A stretch of 62,875 nucleotides of DNA, counting the filler, from Octopus bimaculoides (lineage: Eukaryota): the NCBI RefSeq assembly GCF_001194135.2. It is 7 parts of 7 records of this genome, joined end to end, with 100 filler letters (N's around TTAATTAATTAA, not from the genome) between each part and the next. Parts side by side here need not be neighbours in the genome. Positions count along the whole stretch, not along the records: positions 39,970 to 47,352 come from NC_069010.1; positions 47,453 to 59,467 come from NC_068996.1; 5 more parts are not named here. One strand, 5' to 3'. The stretch's first letter is position 1, and each line of letters begins with the position of its first letter. This document shows positions 40,241 through 53,601 of this stretch, one piece after another. The notes under the pieces are model-generated. The model was not told the origin of the DNA, searched no databases, and was given only the letters and a program-made list of their open reading frames with translations. The position numbers and the translations under genes were made by a program.

Positions 40241-40413
40241 GTGCATACATACAAAACAGTGAGGCATCATTTGCTTACAGATAAATAAATATTTAATACT
40301 CTCAAACCAAAAAGCATTTTAACGACAGAAATTATTCAAGCGATACAAAAAAAACAAAACAAAAAAATTGAATATGTGTGCATATGTATATATATACACA
40401 CATACTCATACAT

Positions 40414-40449
<36 letters not shown>

Positions 40450-41110
40450 GTATGCAAAGAAAATTTGATAGCCAACAAGACTAAGAACACACACACACTC
40501 ACAAATGCTTGTTCCAGGATATGAGATATAATTATCATCATCATTATTATTATTATTATTAGAGAAACATTGCAGTTATTTTGATGGAGATTTTATGCAA
40601 TGGTGACACTAAGTTTCCAACATAGGGGGCTATTTGAAGAGGAGGGGTAGAGTCGGTACTTAACCCTATCAACTCCCTTGTCACTGTTGTCGCAAACTCA
40701 ACCCTGGGGCGGGGGNNNNNNNNNNNNNNNNNNNNNNNNNNNNNNNNNNNNNNNNNNNNNNNNNNNNNNNNNNNNNNNNNNNNNNNNNNNNNNNNNNNNN
40801 NNNNNNNNNNNNNNNNNNNNNNNNNNNNNNNNNNNNNNNNNNNNNNNNNNNNNNNNNNNNNNNNNNNNNNNNNNNNNNNNNNNNNNNNNNNNNNNNNNNN
40901 NNNNNNNNNNNNNNNNNNNNNNNNNNNNNNNNNNNNNNNNNNNNNNNNNNNNNNNNNNNNNNNNNNNNNNNNNNNNNNNNNNNNNNNNNNNNNNNNNNNN
41001 NNNNNNNNNNNNNNNNNNNNNNNNNNNNNNNNNNNNNNNNNNNNNNNNNNNNNNNNNNNNNNNNNNNNNNNNNNNNNNNNNNNNNNNNNNNNNNNNNNNN
41101 NNNNNNNNNN

Positions 41111-41149
<39 letters not shown>

Positions 41150-41406
41150 CATGGACTCTACCATCGTTAGACGACATGTGAGGGTTCAGCAACTTTTTGC
41201 TGAACCACACAGATGATTCGTTTATAGCGATCGTTACCTGTACAGGTGCAACTGGGAGCCACATGTCAGATGACGAAATGATCACAGAGCAGCGCGAAAT
41301 GAAGTGCTTTGCTCAAGGATCACAGTGCAATGCACAATATGGGAATCGAACCCATGATCTTGCAATCCTGAGTACAACACCCTAACCACTAAGCCATATG
41401 CCTTCC

Positions 41407-41454
<48 letters not shown>

Positions 41455-41533
41455 CATACATGTATATGTATATACATACATATATATATACACACATACA
41501 TATACACATACATATACACATACATATATATAT

Positions 41534-41584
<51 letters not shown>

Positions 41585-41914
41585 AATACACGTGTGTGTG
41601 TGTGTGTGTGCGTGTGTATGAATGATTTGAAATTGAGCTGCTATAAATGTCATGCTTATGACAACACACAAACCAGTCAGACTGGTAGAATATCGTGTGC
41701 TATCAGACAATCTTTCAAGCTGTCCCTTCAAAGACAGGATAACCTCTTTAGGACGGGTGCCGCCTTATATATAACACCCCCGACCCCCACCAGTATAGTT
41801 AATCGAGGGATTGGTATTAGGGAGGGCCTCTAAGTGCAGAAACCATAAACCATGTCTAAACAAAAATGCATCACACACACACACACACAGAAGCACATTC
41901 TTATGTGTAGTAGA

Positions 41915-41956
<42 letters not shown>

Positions 41957-42479
41957 GAGAGAGAAGTTGAAAGATTTAGAAAGCATTAAAGAAATCTCCA
42001 AGAACAGGAGTGGCAAGGATGTGACAGGAATAAAAATAAGAAATCCCCACCCCACCCCAAAAAAAAAAAAAAAAAAAGTGCAAAACAAGGGAAACATTGT
42101 AGTTGGCTTTGATCAAAGAACCAACTTCACAGCACCAAGAGAGAGAAATATAAAGATAGACAGGTTATATACATATACATACATATATATATATATACAT
42201 GCATAGAGAGAGAGAGAGAGAGAGAGAGAGAATTAGAGACCGAGGGTGGTAAAATGCTTCTTAAAAAAATATTTATCTGGTTTGGAGCCTTATTATCAGT
42301 AGTAATAGTGGTAGTAGTAGTAGTAGTAGTAGTGGTAGTAGTAGTAATAATAGTGCACATATGGTTTGTGATGCATGTGCCTGGTGTACCCTCATCCGGC
42401 GGGTAGCCATGATGGGTATATACTGGACTTTGTATATTTGTACTCTCTCACTCAATAATAATAATAATAATAATAATAA

Positions 42480-43056
42480 TGTTTCAAATTATGGCAAAGA
42501 GGTCAGTAATTTCAGTGGGAGGTCAAGTCAACTGCACCCCTTCCCCTCAGTACATGACCGGTACTTTATTTAATGCGAGGGTGTGTCACCATGTATGCGT
42601 ACACACACACGGTTTGTCATTTGAGGCATTTATGTTTTTTGCGAGTTTTTGAGGTTTAAGGAGTGGGAGGCGCAATGAATGCGATAATTCTTGCTTTCTT
42701 GGAAGATCGGGGGGTGGGGGAGTGGAGACTTTAGGGGGATAACCGGGATATTAGACGGTGTCTGTTGTGTAAATACGACCCTGTGTATGTGTGTGTGTGA
42801 GTAGTGTGGTGTCGTACTGTAATTCTAAAACCTGAATAATATGCGATGATGATGATGATGAGGAGGAGGAGGATAAAACTGTAGGATGGAAGCAGTAATT
42901 TAATATAAAAATAATGATCTTAAAATTTGGCTTGTCGATCAGCTGCATATTTGCAAGGGAGGGAGCAAAGGGGAAAGGGCTATTGTTTTCTGAGTTGACC
43001 CCAGTATATAGCTTATATATGTGTGTGTGTATATAAATATATATACACTTATATAC

Positions 43057-43087
<31 letters not shown>

Positions 43088-43352
43088 GACACCTTATCTT
43101 CTCTTCTGGTGGTATTTCAACAGCAAGATATTCAATCCTTTCTCCAATATGGTCAGAATTCCAGTGTTGTAATAATAATAATAATAATAATCTTTTTCAC
43201 CATAGGTAGAAGGCCTAAAATTTTAGGGGTAGGGAACTGGGCGATTTATATTGACTTTGAACTCAGAATGTTTAGAGTTGGAAGAAATGTTTGCCAGGCA
43301 TTTCACCTGATCTGCTAACAATTCAGTTAGCTCAATAATAATAATAATAATG

Positions 43353-43389
<37 letters not shown>

Positions 43390-43612
43390 TCGTTTTTGCT
43401 ATAGGTACAAGGCCTGAAATTTGGGGAGAGGTTGGGGGTTGGAAGTTGACTACATCGACCCAGGGCTCAACTAGTACTTATTTTATTGACCCCTGAAAGG
43501 GACAAAGGGCAAAGTCGACCTTGATCGAATTTGAGCTCAAAACATGAAGACAGATGAAATGCTGCTAAGCATGTTTTGCCTGTAGTGCTAACGATTCCGC
43601 TAACTCGCCATC

Positions 43613-43651
<39 letters not shown>

Positions 43652-45933
43652 GCAATAGAATTTGTAGATGAGAAGTGCTGTCAGTTGAATAAAATGCAGC
43701 AGTTTCCTGATTTCACTGCTATTTCTAGCAAACAAGCTGAGCAACTGTGAACATGCATCATCTTTGGTAAAAAAGATGAAGAAGCTGGGGGAAGATTAAG
43801 ATGAAGATATTAGAATAAGTTAGGTCTGATATTGTTGAGAAGAGATTCATGGGTGGCTATAGAGTGACACCCTGGGTACAGACACAATGTCAGGGTGCCC
43901 AGTAAAAAAAAGACCTGACAGGTGCAGGGATGGCTGTGTCTTCTGATATAAGCTCAGGCCGAGGATTTGGTAGACAGAAATTGAGAGCAGCCCCACTGTG
44001 TGCGTGTGTATATGTCTTTGTTGCTCCTCACCACTTGACAACCGGTGTTTGTGTGTTTGCGTCCCCGTAGCTTAGCAGTTGAGCACCAGTCTTTAAAAAA
44101 AAAAAAAAAAAAAAAANNNNNNNNNNNNNNNNNNNNNNNNNNNNNNNNNNNNNNNNNNNNNNNNNNNNNNNNNNNNNNNNNNNNNNNNNNNNNNNNNNNN
44201 NNNNNNNNNNNNNNNNNNNNNNNNNNNNNNNNNNNNNNNNNNNNNNNNNNNNNNNNNNNNNNNNNNNNNNNNNNNNNNNNNNNNNNNNNNNNNNNNNNNN
44301 NNNNNNNNNNNNNNNNNNNNNNNNNNNNNNNNNNNNNNNNNNNNNNNNNNNNNNNNNNNNNNNNNNNNNNNNNNNNNNNNNNNNNNNNNNNNNNNNNNNN
44401 NNNNNNNNNNNNNNNNNNNNNNNNNNNNNNNNNNNNNNNNNNNNNNNNNNNNNNNNNNNNNNNNNNNNNNNNNNNNNNNNNNNNNNNNNNNNNNNNNNNN
44501 NNNNNNNNNNNNNNNNNNNNNNNNNNNNNNNNNNNNNNNNNNNNNNNNNNNNNNNNNNNNNNNNNNNNNNNNNNNNNNNNNNNNNNNNNNNNNNNNNNNN
44601 NNNNNNNNNNNNNNNNNNNNNNNNNNNNNNNNNNNNNNNNNNNNNNNNNNNNNNNNNNNNNNNNNNNNNNNNNNNNNNNNNNNNNNNNNNNNNNNNNNNN
44701 NNNNNNNNNNNNNNNNNNNNNNNNNNNNNNNNNNNNNNNNNNNNNNNNNNNNNNNNNNNNNNNNNNNNNNNNNNNNNNNNNNNNNNNNNNNNNNNNNNNN
44801 NNNNNNNNNNNNNNNNNNATGGTTTCAAATGTTGGCACAAGCCCAGCAATTCTGAGGGAAGAGGGTAAGTCAAATTACATCTACCCCAGTGCTCAACTGG
44901 TACTTATTTAATCCACCCCAAAAGGGCTGAAAAAGCAAAGTCGACCTCAGCGGAATTTGAACTCAGAACGGTAAAGATGGACAAAATACCGGTAAGCATT
45001 TCTTTCCAATGTGCTAACAATTCTGCCAATTTTGAGGAGAGGGGGGGGGGAGCTAGTTGATTATAATTGACGCCCCCGAAATAAGAGGAACATTTTAAGC
45101 AGTAATGGAAGTGAAAAGTGCCTCGAGAAAATGAAGGGAGATAGTTCTGTCACTCATTCGCTAATTTCTGTGGTGACAGATATTTATTTAGCAGAAGGAA
45201 ATTACAAAAGCAGGTCGGACTCATCCCACGTATGCACACGATCATTTAGCACCACACATGCAAAACACAAAACAATAATTTATAACATCGCGAAGATTGT
45301 CTGATTAACAAAGATCTTGGATTCCAAGTGCGATAAATTTAGAACGATCGTGTAAGTTAGAGTTATCTCCCTTCCAGCTAAGTTAGAGTTATCTCCCTTA
45401 CAGCTGTGAAACGTGTCGAAGTGTTGTGTGACTTAAGAGTACCTGAGGGTATTTATCAGCAAAGGTTGATTTTTATGTGTAAAAAAAAAAAAAAAAAAAA
45501 AGGAAGGAGTGGAAGGAAGGAGGGAGGGAGGAGGGCAGCTGAACATCGAAGCTGTACAGCGTTTTGATACCAATATGCAGCACCGAAAAGAGAGAAGAAT
45601 GATAGTGTGGTGTGTGTGTGTGTAAGACCAACAACACTACGAAGTATTACAGTAACTTAAGCACTATATTAGAAGCAGACAGGATGGAGAAAAGTTCCAT
45701 GGAGTAGCAGTTGTACATCCAACTATACATACAGGAACTATCATACATATATATATATATATAATTAATTTATATAAGGGCGTTACTATACAATAATGAC
45801 TCACGCTAAGAGGGACTCCAAAAGTCAAAACTACCAATTTATGGGGAAAAAATGATGGTTTTTTTTTCCCCGTATGAGGTTTTTTCACTCTAACTAGTTG
45901 ATAAATTCTTATAAAGTTTTTATCTTAATATTG

Positions 45934-45972
<39 letters not shown>

Positions 45973-46950
45973 TCAGTAAATAGTGGGGTTGTGTTAACCG
46001 CACGTGGAGAAATAATAGGAAAATGAAAAAAAAGCCAGAATGCTGAACTGGAAGCATATTTTAATAAAGATTTCTTCTAACCGGTTTTCATTGCGAAAAG
46101 CAAATTATCAAGAAGAAGAAGAATGAAAATGTTTTTTTGTACTTCTTTGTAAAANNNNNNNNNNNNNNNNNNNNNNNNNNNNNNNNNNNNNNNNNNNNNN
46201 NNNNNNNNNNNNNNNNNNNNNNNNNNNNNNNNNNNNNNNNNNNNNNNNNNNNNNNNNNNNNNNNNNNNNNNNNNNNNNNNNNNNNNNNNNNNNNNNNNNN
46301 NNNNNNNNNNNNNNNNNNNNNNNNNNNNNNNNNNNNNNNNNNNNNNNNNNNNNNNNNNNNNNNNNNNNNNNNNNNNNNNNNNNNNNNNNNNNNNNNNNNN
46401 NNNNNNNNNNNNNNNNNNNNNNNNNNNNNNNNNNNNNNNNNNNNNNNNNNNNNNNNNNNNNNNNNNNNNNNNNNNNNNNNNNNNNNNNNNNNNNNNNNNN
46501 NNNNNNNNNNNNNNNNNNNNNNNNNNNNNNNNNNNNNNNNNNNNNNNNNNNNNNNNNNNNNNNNNNAAACATAGAGAAATATAAAATGAAGAACTTATGA
46601 ACTAATACAATTAGCATCTTAGAGGAGGAATTTTAACACAGATTAAGAAATTATTATTATTATTATTGTTGTTGTCTGGGGTCACACAAAATACTGCCGG
46701 GAAGTAAAAGAAAAAAAAAAAAAGTAAACAGCAGTCAATTCTTCTGAATATTCTCCTTTGTTCCCTAATAATGGTAATAATAATAATACTAATAATCCTT
46801 TCTACTATAGGCACAAGGCCTGAAATTTTGTGGGAGGGGGCAAGTTGATTATATTGACCCCCAGTGATTCACTGGTACTTATTTGACCGACCCCGAAAGG
46901 AAGAAAGGCAAAGTCAACCTCGGCAGAATTTGCCAGCGTTGCCACCTTAA
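42480..46950 (-). mobile_element. Dispersed SINE family C copies (about 42480, 43190, 43390, 44820, 46800); others at about 22830, 49865 and 58800
   Basis: Repeated GGCACAAGGCC...GACCCCAGTG.TCAACTGGTACTT...GGCAAAGTCGACCTC motifs. Confidence 0.8.
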
Positions 46951-47318
46951 ATAATAATAATCATCGTTATTGTTATTATTATTTGATCATTTAAATGCTT
47001 ATTGACTATATTGTAATATGATGTAATACTTACGAGCCAGTTTCAACAAGGGCAATTGGTGATCCAGCATGGCCGTAGCCCTGGTGATTTAAAGATAAAA
47101 CTAAAGAGTTTTATGAAATAAGCTATGTTGAATGTCTCAACTTCACACACACACACACATGGGATACATATATTAAGCATATATATACATATATACATAC
47201 TTCAATACAGGAAGAAAGTCTCAGGAACAACAAAGAACATGCATATATTATTGAAGACATGGGACATTATAGAAATAAGAAAACCTTAAGCATTATATAT
47301 ATATGTATATATATGTAT

Positions 47319-47350
<32 letters not shown>

Positions 47351-47793
47351 ATNNNNNNNNNNNNNNNNNNNNNNNNNNNNNNNNNNNNNNNNNNNNTTAA
47401 TTAATTAANNNNNNNNNNNNNNNNNNNNNNNNNNNNNNNNNNNNNNNNNNNNCTCAGGGTAGGAAAAAATCTTAAATTTTAGATCATGATGCAAAGAAGA
47501 TGAAAGGTGTATATATGTATATTTGTATGTATATATGTATGTTTGTATATATTTATATATATATAAATGAAAAATGTATAAACAAATGGCATAACATATA
47601 CTGAATGTAAAAACGAAGGCAAGACAAACAGAAAGTCCATAATTCTTCATCAGTTATCGAACAATGGTACTGTTCAGTTTTGCACCTTTAACGTTACATC
47701 GTTTGTTTATACATTTTTTCATTTATCAAGTAATGGAATGGACCACGCACCGAATTTGTATTAACAAGTAAGTTTATATATATAAATGTATGT

Positions 47794-47827
<34 letters not shown>

Positions 47828-47947
47828 ACACATATACATACATATTCATATATAGGGGAGAATTCACAAAAAAAACCCCAAAAGACGAAGACAGGTGGTG
47901 TAGACAACAAACAGATGTATTAGTTTCACACTCGGGAAGTGAAGAAG

Positions 47948-47985
47948 TCTTTAACGTTTCGATCCTATGCGCTTCCACAGAAAGA
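47948..47985 (-). ncRNA. Hammerhead-like minimal motif in a PLE-like 3' tract (about 47860-48620)
   Basis: The reverse strand reads TCTTT-CTGTGGA-AGCGCATAGGATC-GAAA-CG-TT-AAAGA; loopless ACGT helix III; core altered (A6U). Confidence 0.4.
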
Positions 47986-48645
47986 AACAAGGAGAGAAAA
48001 TAAAGAATGTGTAGTGGCTAGCAATCTATCATGGTGAATGCCAGACAGAGGGGTTACACAGGAGAACTAGGAAGAAGGGGAGATAATAAAGTAGTGGTGA
48101 TCCCAAAACGAAGGTGCCCATTCATGTGTATAAGAGAGCATGCATGTGCGTGTGGAAGAGGGCTGACATGCACACGCACACATATATATACATATATACT
48201 TATATAAATATAGATATAAGATCCACGAATCAAGGTGTAGGAAGAAAGTTAGCTTCAAACAATCTGTAGTAAATATGAAAAACAACTTTCAGGGACAATG
48301 ATGGAAGGTTGTGGATTTTTCATATCGAAGTATGATAAACTGAAAAAAAGTTCTTTTTATATTTCACGGTAGGTAACCTGGGTTGACAAGTATGTGAATA
48401 AAAGTACAAGAGTTAAGGAATGGAGCATATAAGATCCAAGTTACATATGTTTCATAGTAAGCGGAACCTCGGAAGTGGTAAATATCTAAGTGAGGTGTAC
48501 TCTTCAGGCCAAGTATATGTTAATTAAATGGAAGTTTGCTTTGTCATAAGGAAGTACATGTTAACGTGTGGATGATTCAATCAGCAGTTCCATTTGCTAT
48601 GAAACTTATGTAGTCTGGCTCTTATCTACTCTATTCCTTAACTCT

Positions 48646-48677
<32 letters not shown>

Positions 48678-48750
48678 TATATATGTATATATGTACATGT
48701 ATATGTGAAATAATTATTAGTGAGAGAAGCAGTATTAATACCAAAAGGCA

Positions 48751-49185
48751 ATCTTTTAATCCAACTTAATGTGAATGTTTTGTTAGACACCAAATACTGT
48801 GTCACTCACCTTGAAAGGACCTCTCATATGGGTGCATGATGCATAATAGTACACATATTTATATCATCTGCTACAAGTGCTGGAACTGCCAGATTCATTG
48901 TGATTTCAACTTACCTGGTCTCCTCAGTGACAGACATCCGGTAGCCACATAGCCAAATATCACTGCCAACAATATATAGAATTTCGGTGTCTTTTCAGGC
49001 ACTGATGCTGCAAATATCCAGCAGGCTTATCAAAAAAATTATTATTAGCAACAGAATATTAGCAACAACAATATTAATGTGAGTGTTTTTATACACCATG
49101 CATTCATATGAAAGGTCCTCTCAATGTAAATAATGCAGTATTTGGTATGCTAACAAAACACTCACGTTAAGTTGGATAAAAAGAT
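48751..49185. repeat. About 95-bp inverted repeats (48751-48845 and 49090-49185) bracketing a 245-bp core
   Basis: The arms are roughly 80% identical by eye as reverse complements. Confidence 0.85.
48915..49007 (-). CDS. Candidate 93-nt phase 1-1 exon encoding a hydrophobic helix (xSVPEKTPKFYILLAVIFGYVATGCLSLRRP); signal peptide or TM segment
   Basis: TTTGCAG acceptor and consensus CAG|GTAAGT donor; only one frame is open; 17-19 aa hydrophobic run flanked by basic residues. Confidence 0.45.
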
Positions 49186-49397
49186 GTGTGTGTGTGTGTA
49201 TAGCTGTGAGTGTGAACAAGTGTGCACCTATATCTGCCAAAACATGTAAATGAGGGCATGGCATCCACCACCCTCCTAGCATCAACCTTCTGTATCTTCT
49301 GTTTACATCATCCTACTACATAGCACTTTTTCATCTTATTGATCCCATTGATGTCGAGGGTAATTTGCAGAACAATGATATATAGTAAGCAAATTTT

Positions 49398-49765
49398 GTT
49401 GTTGGCACTCCATCGCTTACGACGTCGAGGGTTCCAGTTGATCTGATCAACGGAACAGCCTGCTCATGAAATTAACGTGGAAGTGGCTGAGCACTCCACA
49501 GACACGTGTACCCTTAACGTAGTTCTCGAGGATATTCAGCGTGACACAGTGTGATAAGGCTGACCCTTTGAATTACAGGAAGTAAGAGTGAGAGAAAGTT
49601 GTGGTGGAAGAGTACAGCAGGGTTCGCCACCATCCCCTGCCGGAGCCTTGTGGAGCTTTAGGTGTTTTTGCTCAATAAACACTCACAACGCCCGGTCTGG
49701 GAATCAAAACCGTGATCCTATGACCGTGAGTCCGCTGCCCTAACCACTGGGCCATTGCGCCTCCA
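49398..49765 (-). mobile_element. SINE family G copy
   Basis: Reverse complement of 60306-60683. Confidence 0.88.
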
Positions 49766-50129
49766 CTAAGCAAATTTAACACTATACTTAATAGTTTTTG
49801 CTGAAAGGCCTGATGATGGGAATTGATATGGTTATGCAATTTTACTAAAAACTTGTATGGTATTAGTTTCAAATTTTGGCACAAGACCAGTAGTTTTGGT
49901 AGAGGGCACAAATCAATTACATTGACACCAGTGTTCAACTGGTACTTATTTTATTGACCCTGCAAAAGAATGAAATGCAAAGTCAACCTCAGAGGAATTT
50001 GAACTCAGAACATGAAAAACGGAGGAAATGTTGCTAAGCATTTTCCCACTGTGCTAATGATTCTGCCCTTGCCACCTTAATAGTCTGTATGATATTGTCA
50101 GTTAATTTATCAAAATGTGGTGCCATGTA

Positions 50130-50350
50130 AAAGCGCCTGTATGGTACCATATAAAAGCACCATTGCAGTGCCACGTAAAAGTACCCAGCAGATTCTGTAA
50201 AGTGGTTGGTGTTAGGAAGGGCATCCAGCTGTAAAAACCATACTAAATCAGACTGGAGTTCGATGCAGCTCCCCAACTTGCCAGCTCTGGTCAAGCCATC
50301 CAACTCATGCCAGCATAGACAATGGATGTTAAATGATGATGATAATGATG
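50130..50350 (+). mobile_element. Diverged RTE-type 3'UTR or RTE-related SINE tail
   Basis: gttggtgttaggaagggcatccagctgta...gttaaatgatgatgat is the reverse complement of the RTE 3'UTR; a further relic lies at about 52850-52985. Confidence 0.7.
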
Positions 50351-50824
50351 ATGATATGTATATATTATAAAGCTTAAAATATCAAATAATTTTCTAAATA
50401 TTTTATTGATACTATTACCTGGCTTTTTTACACACTAGCCTATTCCTTGATCTGATGTTCTTTGTCAAACCACATTCAATGCAGGAGTAGTATGTGGAAT
50501 GTACTACTAAGTGTGAACATTTGGTTATGTTTCATGCTTTCCAGCACACGTATATTAACAAAGGATGAAAGGTCCATCCTGTGCCATAGGTTCATAAAGC
50601 CAGTTTCCTAGATTCTGTGGTGCATATATTCATCTTCACTGGATGGAACTCTAATCCATCACAAGATTACTCATTTTTGCCAGCTGAGTCAACTGAGGCA
50701 ACATAAAATGGAATGTTTTGCTCAAGAATACAATACCTTCCCCAGTCCAGGAATCAAAACCACAATCTTACAATTATGAATCCAGCACCCTAACCACTAA
50801 GCCATGCACTTCCAAGCATATATA

Positions 50825-50859
<35 letters not shown>

Positions 50860-50861
50860 CA

Positions 50862-51282
50862 CCATCATCATCATCATCGTTTAACGTCCGCTTTCCATGC
50901 TAGCATGGGTTGGACGATTTGACTGAGGACTGGTGAAACAGGATGGCAACACCAGGCTCCAATCTAAATTGGCAGAGTTTCTACAGCTGGATGCCCTTCC
51001 TAACGCCAACCACTCAGAGAGTGTAGTGGGTGCTTTTACGTGTCACCCGCACAAAAACGGCCACGCTCGAAATGGTGTCTTTTATGTGCCACCCGCACAA
51101 GCCAGTCCAGGGGCACTGGCAACGATCTCACTCGAAAATCCTACGGGAGCCAGTCAGGCGGTACTGGCAACGGCCACGCTCAAAATGGTGCATCTCATGT
51201 GCCACCCGTACAAGAGCCAGTCCAGGGGCACTGGCAACGATCTTACTTGGCTTGCCGGGTCTTCTCACGCACAGCACATTTC

Positions 51283-51286
<4 letters not shown>
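50862..51286 (-). mobile_element. RTE LINE 3' end (last codons, 3'UTR and GAT-repeat tail)
   Basis: Shares cttggcttgccgggtcttctcacgcacagcacatttccaa with 5584-5624; has a (cat)n tail. Confidence 0.88.
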
Positions 51287-51346
<60 letters not shown>

Positions 51347-51667
51347 TAGGGAATATATGTGCCATGGAAACTAGGAAACCGACCCTTATGAGTCAGCATG
51401 ATTGAAGAACATAACTTTACCTTTTACCTTTATAGATAAAAAATAGTTGAGAACCCCTGCTCTACCACCTCAACCTCTGTTCATCATACCGTATATTTGT
51501 ACCTCCTACCCTATACCTTACCATCCCTCACTCTCACCACATACCCTTGTAACCTCTACACCCCCTTATCTTTCCTGTTCTTCTGTCCCTGGGCCCACCC
51601 TGACACCTCATCACTACCATCTTTATATCCCTTGAGTAATCAGGCTCCAACTTGATTACTGACTCAC

Positions 51668-51960
51668 TCATCATCATCGTTTAATGTCCACTTTCCATGC
51701 TAGCATGGGTTGGATGATTTGACTGAGGACTGGCAAACCAGATGGCTGCACCAGGCTTCAATCTGATTTTGCAGAGTTTCTACAGCTGGATGCCCTTCCT
51801 AACGCCAACCACTCTGAGAGTGTAGTGGGTGCTTTTACATGCCAACGGCACGAAGGCCAGTCAGGCAATACTGGCAACGGCCACGCTCAAAATGGTGTAT
51901 TCTATGTGCCACCTGCACAAAAGCCAGTCCAGGGGCACTGGCAACAATCTTGCTCGAAAG
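51668..51960 (-). mobile_element. RTE LINE 3'UTR, second copy
   Basis: High similarity to 50862-51125. Confidence 0.85.
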
Positions 51961-52352
51961 TCCTTACGTATGCCACAGGCACAAGTGCCAGAAAGGTGAC
52001 GCTGGGCACAGGTGCTATCCCGATTTCGCTTTCGTTTGCCCCAATAAGTTTACGCAAGCTGAGTTTCACGTCCAATATGTATAACATAAACAGCTATGCA
52101 TCTCCTCTCAGCAAGAAACCTCTTCTAGCCACTTCCATCATACTGACATGGAATGATTGCTTGTGTTATGGAGATCATATCATTGCTGGACCTTTCTTTT
52201 CTGGGAGAAAGCTGCGTGTAAAATAACTGAAGCAACTTTTAACTCACAACCTTTAATTTTGATATTTGTTGTTGGAAATAATATATTCAGTGTTGGCTAT
52301 TTACAATGAAAGATATTGATAATTGCCAACTAGAAAGAAAGAAAAACCATAC

Positions 52353-52430
52353 CGTGTCCATAGAAGCTACTTATAGGACAATTGTGTGAATGGTTAGAAT
52401 TGGTCTGTTTGCACAAAAGTCGAAAGCGGT
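52353..52430 (-). CDS. Weak candidate 78-nt phase 1-1 exon (DRFRLLCKQTNSNHSHNCPISSFYGH)
   Basis: Open symmetric frame between CAG and GTATGG, lying between the two candidates above; splice signals are moderate. Confidence 0.18.
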
Positions 52431-53601
52431 CTGCTTGAGAGCTAGAGGTCATTTGTCTGACAAGAGGTAGGGTGTGTGAATCAGTCAGCCACTCTCAGCA
52501 TTTTTCCTGGTGAATTAGGTGCCAATCAGTTGATATGGGGCAGCAAGAAGGTAAATTCTAGACCACCAAAGAAGCCATATCTTGCAATAGCTTCGTACTG
52601 GTTAGTTGGTTTATAGATCAATCACGTGAAACTCTGCTGGCTCACTTGTGGTGTCTAACCAAGTGTCTAGCAATTAGAGTTTGAATCCTTGCTACAATAC
52701 TTTAACCATTCTACTGCTTCCATTTCTACTGTAGTCCCTTTCAGTTGAAGGAGATATTATTTTTGTGAGCTACATGGTAATCTCACTTGTGCTAGTGCTG
52801 AAATAAAAAAGAAAAAACTCTCTCTCTCTTCCTCACACGCACACACACCAAGTAAACTTTGTAAAGTGGTTGGCATTAAGAAGAGCATCCTGCAATAGAA
52901 ACCCTGTCAAAGCTAAAGTTCTGTCAAACCGTCCAGCGTATTAAGAGGTCGTTAAAAGTTGATGATGATGATGATGACGATGATCAGCATTCTGAGGGTG
53001 TTTTATGGATCCTCCTCCTTGGTTTTGTCTGTAATTGATCTGTCATCGTTATTTACGTTGTAAATTTTTTGGTGTTTTCATTATGTTGTCATTCTTATAA
53101 AATAAATATTCCATTTCAAGTTCTGAATATTTAGTTAGCTAACCTTTTTGGAGTCCAAAATTACATTCTACGATTATAACATCGGTTATATTTATAGTAA
53201 AGTGTCACTATAAAATACACGCAAATCAAAAAAATATATTTATCATCTTTTCGGATTTATTTGCGGGTCCTGAAAAATCACAGTCCGGTCTTTTATTGAA
53301 GATAACATCATTTTCATCTTGTACCGGTTTAATGGATTCTTTGTGTTTCTAAGTTTTCCCCGTCCCATTTTCGTACTTTTTATTCATAAAATTCAAAGTG
53401 TGCATCCTCCTTTTCATTAAAGTTTTTGTATTATTTATTTTCTTGTTTGTGTATGTGAATGACATATACAGTAAGTCTTGTATTGATATGAACTCGTGCT
53501 TCGGTTGTTTGTTTACACAATAGAATCATTGAATACTATCGAATTTTATATTGATTTATAATAGATATTTTTTTACGTTTCTGATTTTTTTTTTTATTAA
53601 T

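Noticed and set aside
40560-40715. Possible CR1/L2 RT fragment
   Set aside because: Too short and degenerate to assign; truncated by a gap.
13473-47650. Many long ORFs containing X runs or YI/CV/HT/LS repeats
   Set aside because: They result from translating N-gaps and dinucleotide microsatellites.
50419-50507. Cys-containing exon candidate (YYSCIECGLTK...)
   Set aside because: It ends in phase 2, incompatible with the phase-1 exon downstream; no homology recognised.
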